A DNA stretch of 64,000 bases from positions 16,873 through 80,872 of the forward strand of contig CAVPTH010000028.1 of NCBI GenBank assembly GCA_963708525.1, read 5' to 3'. Positions 51,844 through 62,295 of the stretch are shown here, piece by piece. The translations under genes and the position numbers were made by a program. The notes under the pieces were generated by a model. It was not told the DNA's origin. It did no database searches and was given only the letters and a program-made list of their open reading frames with translations. The stretch's first letter is position 1. Each line of letters starts with the position of its first letter. This stretch comes from an uncultured Verrucomicrobiae bacterium (GTDB lineage Bacteria; Verrucomicrobiota; Verrucomicrobiia; Limisphaerales; UBA11358).

Positions 51844-52947
51844 TCATGCGAATCGGGCTTGTGGTTGAAAACCAGTCGGGTTCAGCACGGCTTCGACGTG
51901 GTAAAGGGAGCGAATGCCGGCTTTTAAAATCTTTTCTGAAGCGGGTCTTATCTTGAGCATCACGGCCGCGGTCCGGTCGGTGATGATGGCCCGGCAGCGC
52001 GCCAGTTCCTGTTCGCGGCACTTCGTGTTCTCGCGCACAATGCTTTCCAGATCGTCAATATCGTAGAGGAACACATTGTTTAATTCCTGTACCGCCGGAT
52101 CAATGTCTCGCGGTACGGCGATGTCCACGAGGAACAACGGGCGGTTGCGGCGGGCGGAAAGGATCGAAGCCACATCTTCACGGTGCAAAATGGTGTGGGG
52201 TGAGCCGGTCGAACTGACCACGATGTCCGCCATCGCCAACGCCTGCCGACACTCCTCAAACTGCACCGCGCGACCGCCGAATTCCGCCGCCAGGTTTTGG
52301 GCGCGGTCGAAGGAGCGATTGGAAACCAGTACCGTGTGCGCGCCGCGCTTGGCGAGGTGGCGGACGCAGGCTTCGCCCATTTTGCCGGCGCCGATGATCA
52401 TCACGACTTTTTCGCTCAAGTCCCGGTCAAAAATCCGTTCCGCCAGCTCCACGGCCACGCTGCCCACCGAAGTGGCTCCGCGACCGATGGCGGTCTTGCT
52501 GCGGATTTCTTTGGCCACTTGCAGGGCCGTTTGGAAGACGCGGTTCAAGGTTTTACCGGTGAGCCTGGCTTCCTGGGCGGAAAGATAAGCGTGCTTGACC
52601 TGCCCGGTGATTTCCGTTTCACCGAGCACCATCGAATCCAATCCACTGGTAACCGAAAACAAATGCTGGATCGCTTCTTCCTCTTCCTTGAAGTAGAGGT
52701 ACGGAGAAAAATCAAAGTCACTGCCGCTCAATTGCCGGAAAAGCCCGTTGATGTCCCCCTTTAGCCCCGACGTCACACCATAAATTTCCACCCGATTACA
52801 GGTGGAGAGCAACACGACTTCGGAGAGATTGCCGTGCAGTTTCAACCGGCAGCCACTACAGAGCAATCGCGACCGGTGCACCGCGAGTTGTTCGCGGACT
52901 TCGACCGGCGTGGTCTTGTAACTTAAACCGGCGACAAACATTTTCAT
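51844..52947 (-). CDS. hemA: Glutamyl-tRNA reductase
   Basis: LSTCNRVE, SGLDSMVLGETEITGQ, GAGKMG, DIAVPRD. Confidence 0.95.
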   Translation of the reverse strand: MKMFVAGLSYKTTPVEVREQLAVHRSRLLCSGCRLKLHGNLSEVVLLSTCNRVEIYGVTSGLKGDINGLFRQLSGSDFDFSPYLYFKEEEEAIQHLFSVTSGLDSMVLGETEITGQVKHAYLSAQEARLTGKTLNRVFQTALQVAKEIRSKTAIGRGATSVGSVAVELAERIFDRDLSEKVVMIIGAGKMGEACVRHLAKRGAHTVLVSNRSFDRAQNLAAEFGGRAVQFEECRQALAMADIVVSSTGSPHTILHREDVASILSARRNRPLFLVDIAVPRDIDPAVQELNNVFLYDIDDLESIVRENTKCREQELARCRAIITDRTAAVMLKIRPASEKILKAGIRSLYHVEAVLNPTGFQPQARFA

Positions 52948-53154
52948 GGTCCTGGCCTCCGGGTAGCGGGAATCCTGACCGGCACCGGCACGGGTCGAAC
53001 CAGGGACAAATCATCCAGAAAGCGGCGAGCCAGCCTCCGGGTTTTGGCAACCAAGGCGCCCCGTCTCATCATTTTCAGCCGGCGGCTTTCTTTCATCGTC
53101 ATTACCCTAGACCATGCCCCGATAACCGCTCGCCGCCCCTTGCCAAACACTTTA

Positions 53155-53275
53155 CCTATTTTGTCTTTATGATATGAAGATATGTTAATGTAAATACTGT
53201 ATGAATATAAGATTTTATTAGCTAAATATTGCAGGAAAGCGGGAATTGTCCTTTAAAAATCAAAAGAAATGAAGA
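53155..53275 (-). promoter_or_regulatory. AT-rich regulatory region upstream of the hemA-cytochrome operon
   Basis: Strongly AT-rich stretch in a GC-rich genome, at the head of the minus-strand operon. Confidence 0.5.
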
Positions 53276-53483
53276 ATCTGCCCAATCGGAGGCGGGAGAG
53301 GTAACATTCCACCGTGTCCTATTGGCAGGGTAATGTCCGGTCGCCCGTTGCGGAAAATGGTCTAATGCAGAAACTAAAATATATTAGCCGCCTATATATG
53401 GTAGGTATGGTATGCGAGGCAGGATCCCTGAGGTTGGGCCTGTGCTTAGACCCGGCAGAAACGCCGGCACCGGCCTGCCGCGA

Positions 53484-54971
53484 TTAACTCACCGCCATGC
53501 TCAACAGGAACTCGATATTGCTTTTGGTCTTCTTGAGCTTGCCCAACAGCAGTTCCATGGCTTCGACCGGCGGTACACCGGTGAGCGCTCGGCGCAACAG
53601 GACGATGCGGCTGAGCTCGTCCGGATGGTACAGCAATTCCTCTTTGCGCGTGCCGGACCGTTCGACGTTGATGGAGGGGAAAATCCGGCGGTCCACCAGG
53701 GCGCGGTCCAGATGTACCTCCATGTTGCCGGTGCCTTTAAACTCTTCAAAAATCACTTCGTCCATGCGGCTGCCGGTGTCTACCAGCGCGGTGGCCATGA
53801 TGGTGAGCGAGCCGCCTTCTTCGATGTTGCGTGCTGCACCAAAGAAGCGCTTCGGCTTGTGCAGCGCGTTGGCGTCCACACCGCCGGACAGGATCTTGCC
53901 TGAATGCGGCTGGATGGTGTTGTAGGCGCGGGCGAGCCGCGTGATGGAGTCGAGCAGAATCACCACATCACGCTTGTGCTCAATCATGCGCCGCGCTTTT
54001 TCGATAACCATTTCGGCCACCTGGACGTGGCGTTCCGGTGGCTCGTCGAACGTGGAGCTGATGACTTCCGCGCCTTTGCAGGTGCGTTCCATGTCCGTGA
54101 CTTCCTCGGGCCGCTCGTCAATGAGCAGGATGAACAAATACGTTTCCGGATTGTTCTTCAAAATCGCGTTGGCGATTTTCTGCATGAGGACCGTTTTACC
54201 CGTGCGGGGTGGCGCAACGATCAGGCCGCGCGTGCCTTTGCCAATCGGACAGACCAGGTCCAGCACCCGCGTGTTGACTTCGTCCGGCACCGTTTCGAGC
54301 AGGAACCGCCTGTCTGGAAACAACGGCGTGAGATTGTCGAAATGTGTTTTTTCCTTCGCCTTGTCCGGGTCTTCGGCGTCCACGGCTTCGACTTTGAGCA
54401 GCGCGAAAAATTTTTCCTTTTCCTTGGGCGGCCGGATCTGGCCGGCAATCAAGTTACCGGTCTGCAGGTCAAACCGGCGGATCTGCGACGGGGAAACATA
54501 GATGTCCTCCGGGCACGGCAGGTAATTGAAACTCTGCGAGCGGAGAAAGCCAAAGCCTTCCGGCAGGATTTCCAGCACGCCTTCGGAAAACAGCACGCCG
54601 GCGCGCTCGGCGTTTTTCTGGAGGATATGGAAAATGACCTCGTGCTTGCGCATCGTGCCGAAGTTTTCCACACCGAGGTCCTTGGCCATGTGGTTCAACT
54701 CGCTCATCTGCATCGCCTGCAACTTGGCGATGTTCAGCGACGCGGCGATCTTGTCGCGCTGCGGGCCGCGCCGTTCATCCGCCCGGGGTTCGTCGGTGGT
54801 GGGTTCGTCGGTGGTGGGTTCGACCGGCGTGGAAGGCGGCTGTAAATCGGGGGCCGGGGGCGGTTCGATGACGGCCGTTTCCGGTGTCGGGCCGCCGTTC
54901 AATTGCGGCGATTCCACGGCGGGAGTTTCCTCCGCCTTCACTTTGGTCTTTTTGGTTGAGACTCTTGGCAT
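53484..54971 (-). CDS. rho: Transcription termination factor Rho
   Basis: [41 protein letters not shown]. Confidence 0.97.
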   Translation of the reverse strand: MPRVSTKKTKVKAEETPAVESPQLNGGPTPETAVIEPPPAPDLQPPSTPVEPTTDEPTTDEPRADERRGPQRDKIAASLNIAKLQAMQMSELNHMAKDLGVENFGTMRKHEVIFHILQKNAERAGVLFSEGVLEILPEGFGFLRSQSFNYLPCPEDIYVSPSQIRRFDLQTGNLIAGQIRPPKEKEKFFALLKVEAVDAEDPDKAKEKTHFDNLTPLFPDRRFLLETVPDEVNTRVLDLVCPIGKGTRGLIVAPPRTGKTVLMQKIANAILKNNPETYLFILLIDERPEEVTDMERTCKGAEVISSTFDEPPERHVQVAEMVIEKARRMIEHKRDVVILLDSITRLARAYNTIQPHSGKILSGGVDANALHKPKRFFGAARNIEEGGSLTIMATALVDTGSRMDEVIFEEFKGTGNMEVHLDRALVDRRIFPSINVERSGTRKEELLYHPDELSRIVLLRRALTGVPPVEAMELLLGKLKKTKSNIEFLLSMAVS

Positions 54972-55192
54972 AAATCAAATTGGCAGTTGTTCGCGGTTTC
55001 GGTTGCCGACGGTCCTTGGCGCGTCATGAAAGGCAGTCACGCATTTGACGGCCCGCGACCGGAAAAGTTCAAAATGGATTTGTCAATCAGGCATTCAAGG
55101 CCACCAGGCCTTCATTACGGCAAGGGAAACTTTACAGTCAACTCATGCCCAGTGTGGCGCACTTTGGTCCCCGTGTCAAATCCGTTTTTTTA

Positions 55193-55256
55193 GACACGAA
55201 TTTCACAAATGAACACGAATTAGTGTTTGGTTTGAATGGGCGCAAATCCGTGTCTC
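55193..55256. repeat. Degenerate ~9-bp (CACGAAT-type) inverted cassette
   Basis: gacacgaat ttcacaaat gaacacgaat … gcgcaaatccgtgtct. Confidence 0.5.
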
Positions 55257-55302
55257 TTTTTTCCTGTGCGATTTCCGTCCCGGCGGGTGCTATAAGTTGA
55301 AC

Positions 55303-56748
55303 ATGACACCGGATTCAGAGTTGCTGAGTCGTTATGCCAGAACCCGTTCCGAAGACGTCTTTGCCGAGCTGGTGCGGCGGCACGTCAATCTCGTCTATTC
55401 GGCCGCCTTACGGCAGGTCAACGGCGACGCCCATCTGGCTCAGGACGTGGCGCAGACAGTGTTTGCCGACCTGGCGCGAAAGGCCGGCTCGCTGGCCCGA
55501 CGTGAATCGCTGACCGGCTGGCTTTACACCAGCGCCCATTTTGCTGCTGCAAAAATCACCCGGACGGAAAATCGCCGCCGTCTTCGCGAGGACAAATTTA
55601 TGCGCGAGCCAACCAATGAAAGTTGCGCAGGCGTCTCGCCGGCAAATGTCTGGGAAAAAATCCGGCCCGCGCTCGATGACGCCATGCACGAACTCAAGGA
55701 GAGTGACCGCGAAGCGGTTCTGTTGCGATACTTTGAAAACCGGTCCTTTATCGAAGTCGGCGCCAAATTCGGCCTCAACGAAAACGCCGCGCGGATGCGC
55801 GTGGACCGTGCGCTGGAAAAACTCCGCGCCATTTTTACCAAACGCGGTATTGTCGCAACGACTGCGCTGGCCTCGGTGATTTCGGCCAATGCGGTCCAAA
55901 TGGCGCCCGCCGGTCTGGCGACAACGCTGGCGACCACTTCGATTGCCGCGGCCGGAACCGGAACCGCTTTCATCCTCTTGAAACTTATGACTGCAAGCCA
56001 GCTGAAACTTGGTATAGGCGCCCTCGCGGCGATTGGTGCTGCGACAACGTTGGTGATGCAACACCAGGCCCAAGTCAAACTACGTCAGGAGAGTCGATTA
56101 CAGGGACAACAAATCGCGCAACTCGCAACGGACAATCAAAGCCTTTCCAATCGCCTAGCGGCGACCGCCGATGCAAAATCACTGACGGATGAGCAAATGA
56201 GTGAATTGTTGCGACTGCGAAGTATGGTTGGCCAGATGCGCGAGCAAACAAACCAGTTGGCCCTGTTACAAGCAGAAAACCGGTGGCTTCAATTACAAAT
56301 GGAAAATTTTGGCAACCAGGCACTAAGGAATTACCCGGCCTTGACGAATGTTTTTTTATTCGAAGTACATCGAGCGGCCATGATTAATGCAGGAAAACAA
56401 ATTGGAATCGCACTTCGGATGCATGCCGACGATTATGGTGGAGAATATCCCACGAATCTTAGTCAGCTCATATACACCACCAACCAGGGAGGCGGATATA
56501 TCAGGACCAACTTTTCTGGCGACGTTCAGCTAGCCGATTTTGAGGCCGCCAACCCCGGTCTGGCGAATGAGCGTATCCCGCAAATACCCGCCGCTAGGGA
56601 GCGACAACCACGCTGGTGGGACGGCAAGTGGGAGCGCGTCTATGTCTTGTCCGACGGCAGTGTTCAGGTGATAACTTCCTCTGATGGAAATTTCAGTGTT
56701 TGGGAAAAAGCGCAACTTGATTCGGCTCTAGGGACAACCAATCAATAA
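55303..56748 (+). CDS. ECF sigma factor with membrane-spanning C-terminal extension
   Basis: FAELVRRHVNLVYSAALR, AQDVAQTVF, GWLY, DREAVLLRYFE, RALEKLR; hydrophobic segment, coiled coil and a DUF1559-like tail. Confidence 0.9.
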   Translation: MTPDSELLSRYARTRSEDVFAELVRRHVNLVYSAALRQVNGDAHLAQDVAQTVFADLARKAGSLARRESLTGWLYTSAHFAAAKITRTENRRRLREDKFMREPTNESCAGVSPANVWEKIRPALDDAMHELKESDREAVLLRYFENRSFIEVGAKFGLNENAARMRVDRALEKLRAIFTKRGIVATTALASVISANAVQMAPAGLATTLATTSIAAAGTGTAFILLKLMTASQLKLGIGALAAIGAATTLVMQHQAQVKLRQESRLQGQQIAQLATDNQSLSNRLAATADAKSLTDEQMSELLRLRSMVGQMREQTNQLALLQAENRWLQLQMENFGNQALRNYPALTNVFLFEVHRAAMINAGKQIGIALRMHADDYGGEYPTNLSQLIYTTNQGGGYIRTNFSGDVQLADFEAANPGLANERIPQIPAARERQPRWWDGKWERVYVLSDGSVQVITSSDGNFSVWEKAQLDSALGTTNQ

Positions 56749-56784
56749 GGCAGCGGGAGGTTCGCCGCTAACTCGCGCACACGT

Positions 56785-57135
56785 TCATTCCAATGCTAAC
56801 GTGTGTTTCAAGGCTGCATCTACGGCGTTCATTTGCGGCAGCCGACCGAGGGTGGAATCCATTTCCGATTCCAAGATCGTTGCCAGGTTGTCGGTCATGA
56901 TCACGGAATCGAGCCGCAAACCGGCGGCTTTGCCTTCCACCGAGTCGCGGCTCACGAAAACCCGGCTGCCATGGCCGCGTCGGGCGAGGTTGCTGGAAAT
57001 CATAGCGACAATGGTTTGAGCCAGGCCGTTGTTCAATTCGTCGCGTTGCAGGACCAACGCGGGGCGGCGCTTGGCTGTGCGCAAATCGGAATTCGGAAAC
57101 AACACCAGGACCACGTCACCGCGCCGGGTCTTCAT
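56785..57135 (-). CDS. Type II TA toxin, PemK/MazF family
   Basis: RRGDVVLVLFP, KRRPALV, GLRLDSVI. Confidence 0.88.
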   Translation of the reverse strand: MKTRRGDVVLVLFPNSDLRTAKRRPALVLQRDELNNGLAQTIVAMISSNLARRGHGSRVFVSRDSVEGKAAGLRLDSVIMTDNLATILESEMDSTLGRLPQMNAVDAALKHTLALE

Positions 57136-57343
57136 CGTAGATGGTAGCTTCGGGACGTTCCCAATCCTCGGCGAAAGTTTTCAGGCGGGAACGCAAATCA
57201 GCGGCTTGAGCTTCGTCAATGCCGCGATCGTGCAGCGCAATAACGGATTTTTCTGCGGCGATTTCGGCCAGCTTTTTCTGCACGACCAATCGCTCGGCGG
57301 AGCTTAATTTCAGCAATTCCGCAATGATTTCACTGGCGCTCAT
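57116..57343 (-). CDS. Putative antitoxin
   Basis: 75-aa ORF overlapping the toxin start; acidic C-terminus FAEDW…IYD. Confidence 0.7.
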   Translation of the reverse strand: MSASEIIAELLKLSSAERLVVQKKLAEIAAEKSVIALHDRGIDEAQAADLRSRLKTFAEDWERPEATIYDEDPAR

Positions 57344-57389
57344 GGTTAGAATTTAACGCGCCAAGGCCGAATTGCAAAGTGCAATTCCG

Positions 57390-59565
57390 TCAATATGCCA
57401 GCGGGAATTTCGCCGTCAACTCGCGCACGCGCTGCCGGACCTTGGATGCCGCGTCGGCGTTTTTGACGTCCATCAGCACTTCGGAAATCATGTCCGCAAT
57501 GGCCGCCATTTCCGCTTCTTTCATGCCGCGGGTGGTCACCGCCGGCGTGCCCAGCCGGATGCCGCTGGCCTGGAACGGCGAGCGGGTCTCAAACGGAATC
57601 GTGTTTTTGTTCACCGTGATGCCGGCTTCGTCGAGTACAATCTGGCACTCCTTGCCGGTCAGATTTTTCACCCCCACGTCCACGAGCATCAAATGATTGT
57701 CCGTGCCGTCACTGACCAGCCGGTAGCCGTTGCGTTTCATGCCTTCGGCCAGGGCTACGGCATTCTTCACAATCTGCACCTGATACGCTTTGAACGACGG
57801 TTGCAAGGCTTCCTGAAAACACACCGCCTTGCCGGCAATGACGTGTTCCAGTGGCCCGCCCTGGATGCCGGGGAAGACGGTGGAATCAATCTCCTTCGCA
57901 AATTTCTCCCGGCACATCACCAGCCCGCCGCGCGGCCCGCGCAAAGTTTTGTGCGTCGTGGTGGTTACAAAATCCGCATGCTCCATCGGGCTGGGATGAA
58001 TGCCTGCTGCCACCATGCCGGCGATGTGGGCAATGTCTGCGAGCAGATACGCGCCGACCTCACGTGCGATTTCGCCCATGCGCTGAAAATCAATGATTCG
58101 TGGATACGCGCTGGCCCCGACCGTAATCATCTTCGGTTTGTGCTCGCGCGCCATGGCGGCGAGTTGGTCGTAATCAATCCGTTCGTCGTCTTTGCGGACG
58201 CCGTAATGGACGATCTCAAAAAATTTGCCCGAGAAATTGGCCTTGTTGCCGTGGGTCAAATGCCCGCCGTGGCTCAAATCCATGGTGAGCATTTTGTCAC
58301 CGGGCTTGAGCACGGCAAAATAGACGGCCATGTTCGCCTGGCTGCCGGAGTGCGGCTGGACGTTGACGTGTTCGGCGCCGAACAGTTTTTTTGCACGATC
58401 AATCGCCAGTTGCTCGATCGTGTCGATGTTTTCGCAACCGCCGTACCAGCGTTTCTTCGGCAGGCCCTCGGCATATTTGTTGGTCAGCACCGAGCCCTGC
58501 GCCTCGAGCACCGCCGGGCTGACAAAATTCTCGCTGGCGATCAATTCGATGTTTTCCTGCTGGCGCAGGCGCTCGTGCTCGATGGCCTCGGCCACAATGG
58601 AATCCACCACCCGCAGGCGTAATTGCGGTGGGACGGAGCGCGCTTCGATTTTTTGAACCCGGCGTTCGTGGCGGCCGCCTTCCGGTTTTGCATTTAAGAA
58701 CGCCTCGAGAATCTTCCGGCCCGATTCCGGCGTGATCGCCTTGCCGCCCAGGCAAAGAACATTCGCGCCATTGTGTTGCCGTGCCAGGGCGGCGGCCGAT
58801 TCGTCAGTGACCAGTGCGGCGCGGACGCCGGGAACCTTGTTCGCGGTGATGCACATGCCGACGCCGCTGGTGCATACCAACAGGCCGAAGTTCCGCCTGG
58901 CCCGCCGCCACGGCTTCCGCGACCGGCTGGGCAAAATCAGGATAATCGTCGCCCGGGTCCTTCGATTTGGCCCCGAAATCCGCGACGCTCAGGCCGCGTT
59001 GCTGCAAATGCTGCTTCAAGGCCTCTTTTAATTCATAACCGCCGTGGTCTGCGCCCAGGGCGAATTTAACCGTGGCCACCGGTTTCGGGTTGTGCGCCGA
59101 CAAAATTTTGTGTTGTTCCATAAATTTCAGCAATGAGGCGATGCCCTGCTCGATTTGTTGCCGGCAGTTCTGGTATACTTCGTAGGAACCGCCGATCGGG
59201 TCGCTGATGTCTTTTTCGAATTCTTCGAGCGAGTCGTCAAATTCACACAGCAGAAAGGTCTTGTCCGCCGCCTGCGGGTACAGGAGCACAATCGTGTCCA
59301 CGTGACTGTGCGTCATCCCGAAAATATAATCCGCCTGCTGCACCAGCTCGGCGGTCAGGGCCCGGCTGCGGTGGGTGGAAATGTCCGTGCCCAGTTCGCG
59401 CATGGCCTGGACCGAATGCGGCGTGGGCGGCTGATCGTTCATCGCGCCCAGTCCGGCCGACAGCGCCCGGAATTCCCCGCTCCCGCCCGTGGCCCGGCGC
59501 AGGAGTGCTTCCGCCATCGGGCTGCGACAGACGTTTCCGGTGCAGACAAAAAGGACGGTTTTCAT
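57390..59565 (-). CDS. glyA: Fusion: LMW protein phosphatase + RpiB + serine hydroxymethyltransferase (frameshift near 58890)
   Basis: CTGNVCRS…DPIGG; ADHGG…DYPD…CTSGVG…GGRHERR; [28 protein letters not shown]. Confidence 0.88.
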
Positions 59566-59617
59566 TCAGCGCGGTCGTTCAAAGTGAGTGGTGAACGGTA
59601 AATCGTCAACGCCGAAA

Positions 59618-60664
59618 TCACAGCCGGGATTCATGCACAATCGCCAGTCCCTTGATTAAATCCACGGCGCGCGCCAGGACCGGGTCCCCGATCACGGACA
59701 CCGGCTTGGACACGGTTTTGGCGGGCACGGACGGCGTCGGACCCCCATCGCCGTCCTTCAATTTCTGCCGTACCAAATCCGCCTCACTGGTGTGGTCTAC
59801 AAAGGGCAGAAAGTCGTTGGTGGCCGCCGTTGGAGGTGCGTCGTTCCGGGCCAGCGTCACATAGGGATTTTTCATATACGCGCGTTCGTCATCCGGATTC
59901 ACCGTCACCGCAATGTCCGGGGACACGTGTGCAATCACCCTGCCGTTGCCCAGTCGGACCGGACTGGTGGCGATGCGCAGTTGTTCGCCATTGCTGAGCG
60001 GAAAATCCATGGTGGTCATGGCCAGACCCGCCGTGGGATTGCCGATGATCAATCCCGCGTCCGCTTCCCGCAACGCCGCCGCCAACGCCTCCGCCGCGCC
60101 CGTGGTTTTGCCGTTGACCAGCACCATCAACGGACCGGAAATGGGCTCCCTGGCCGGCCGGGATTCTTCCATTTGCTTGCCCCATTTCAGCAACGGCATT
60201 TTTTTGGCCACAAACAAGTCCGCCGCCGCGACTGCCGCCGCGTAATCGTTGCCGTCGGCGAAACGCAAATCGAGCGCCATCCCGACGATTTTGTTGGTGG
60301 CCGTCATGGCGTGATAGGTCTTTTTCAATTGACCCGCCAGGTCGTCTCCGACCTGCCCTACGTGCAGGTACGCCACGTTGCTTTCGAGGACGGCCGATTG
60401 GATTAATTGCGCCCCGCTGTGGGAGACCGTCTTTTCCTCCGATGCGCCAACGATTGTCGCCCGGCCATGCAACTGCTCCAGCAAACCGTTGACCGCAGCG
60501 GAGTTCAACTCGGCTTCAGTCAGACCCGGGGAATTGGCCCGGAGCAATTCATAAACCTGGTTGAACTCCGGCGCCGTACCGGTCGTTTCCGCCTGCGCCA
60601 GCCCAACCGCCATCAGCAGGCCCGCGGATGTCAGCAAAAATAGCTTTAAAAACCGTCGTGTCAT
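59618..60664 (-). CDS. S41 peptidase-like secreted protein, no PDZ domain, catalytic residues apparently lost
   Basis: LDLR, VLVNGKTTGAAE (cf. SASASE), GNPTAGL (cf. GxxTxGK), PDI. Confidence 0.7.
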   Translation of the reverse strand: MTRRFLKLFLLTSAGLLMAVGLAQAETTGTAPEFNQVYELLRANSPGLTEAELNSAAVNGLLEQLHGRATIVGASEEKTVSHSGAQLIQSAVLESNVAYLHVGQVGDDLAGQLKKTYHAMTATNKIVGMALDLRFADGNDYAAAVAAADLFVAKKMPLLKWGKQMEESRPAREPISGPLMVLVNGKTTGAAEALAAALREADAGLIIGNPTAGLAMTTMDFPLSNGEQLRIATSPVRLGNGRVIAHVSPDIAVTVNPDDERAYMKNPYVTLARNDAPPTAATNDFLPFVDHTSEADLVRQKLKDGDGGPTPSVPAKTVSKPVSVIGDPVLARAVDLIKGLAIVHESRL

Positions 60665-60828
60665 GACCGCCCAAAATGGTTCACAAATGGCCCGAAGTAA
60701 AGCGGCAACCAACTTGATTTCTGTAGCAGCCGAGGTGACGAGCCTCTCGACGAATTCGTGGATGGCCAACAAAACCTCCCGGTTTTTTGTCGGATTCCAG
60801 CCGCCGGCGACGATATACTTTTAAAAGC

Positions 60829-62246
60829 ATGACAAGCGATTTGGATTTGCTTGAAAAGTTCGTGCGCGAAAATTCGCAGGATGCCTTTGGCGAAATTGTC
60901 CAGCGCCATCTGAATCTGGTGTATTCCGCGGCATTACGCCAGGTCCGGTCGCCGCAACTGGCCGAGGAAATCGCTCAATCCGTTTTCGCCGACCTCGCAC
61001 AGCAATGCCGGCAAAATATGAGGCGCCGGCGTCTCGCCTGAAAATTTTGACGCCTTGGCTTTACACGGTGACGCGCCGGACCGCGATTGATGTCATTCGC
61101 AAAGAATCGCGCCGTCAACTGCGCGAACAAATCGCCGTGGAGATGACCAATATGAACGCGACCGGTAGCCGACTGGATGCAAATCGAGCCGCTGCTCGAC
61201 GATGCCATGGACTGCGCTCGACGAAACCGACCGCAGCGCGGTTCTCTTGCGTTATTTTGAAAACAAAAGCCTGCGCGAAGTCGGCGAAGCCCTGGGCGTG
61301 TCCGAAGACGCCGCCCAAAAACGTATCAGTCGGGCTGTCGACCGATTGCGCGAATTCTTTCTCGAAACGGAAAGTTACAGTCGGCGCAAGCGGATTGGCG
61401 GTTTTGATTTCCGCCAATGCCGTTCAATCCGCGCCGATCGGTTTGGCCGTCACCATTTCCGCCGCCGCCGTTCTGGCCGGAACCACTGTTTCAACTTCAA
61501 CCGTTATTACCGCAACCAAAACCATTGCCATGACTACCCTGCAAAAAACTCTCATCAACTGCCACCGTTGCTGTGTTACGGGAGCGGGAATTTACGAAGC
61601 CCGACAAGCCACGAATGCCCGCACGAAATCAGACGCTCCAGCAACAGCAAGCGCAGCTGACCGAGCAAATCCGGCAATTGCAGAAAGAACGTGATGACGC
61701 GACAAACCAATTAGGCGGCGTTGTTCGCAGAAAACGAACAACTCAATCGCAACAAAGATGAAATGCTCAAGTTGCGCGGAGAAGTTGGCTCGCTTCGCGA
61801 ACAATTAGACCGAATCGAAAGCCGAGGCGATGCAGGCCGCGCCTCAAATCAAATTCGATCTCCCGTATTCCCGCAGGGATGAATGGTCCGAGAAGGGAAC
61901 AGCTAAACCATTGGACACGCTTTTTACCATGCTCTGGGCCATAAAGCAGAAAGACGAAAATCAGGCTCAATCAGATTGTTTTCGAAAGAACCCGATCTTA
62001 CACACTCGATCAGCTGACCCTTCCCAAAGACCAGTTGGGATACCGCTTCAGCCATTCAAATTGTAAGTTGGGGTTGGTCAGAACCAATAGTTGAAACGGC
62101 CATCCCCAGGATATGGCAACGATAGAGGCCATCCTTGAAGAAAAGCATACGGACACAATTTCCGGACAAACGGTTACCGACCAAACGGTGGAACGCTGGT
62201 CTTCATAAAGACAAATAATCAGTGGCTTCTTACCGGATTACGCTGA
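60829..62246 (+). CDS. Second ECF sigma factor with C-terminal extension (multiple frameshifts)
   Basis: AFGEIVQRHLNLVYSAALRQV, PWLY, DRSAVLLRYFENKSLREVG, ISANAVQ. Confidence 0.8.
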
Positions 62247-62295
62247 CCCTAAGTACCGTACGTTGTGGCGTTAAAACCTGCCGTGTGTTCTCGGT

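Noticed and set aside
54786-54824. 15-bp tandem repeat in rho (PTTDE x2)
   Set aside because: An ordinary low-complexity duplication in the disordered N-terminal extension.
56785-57343. PemK/MazF pair as a novel system
   Set aside because: An ordinary type II toxin-antitoxin arrangement; listed as features only.
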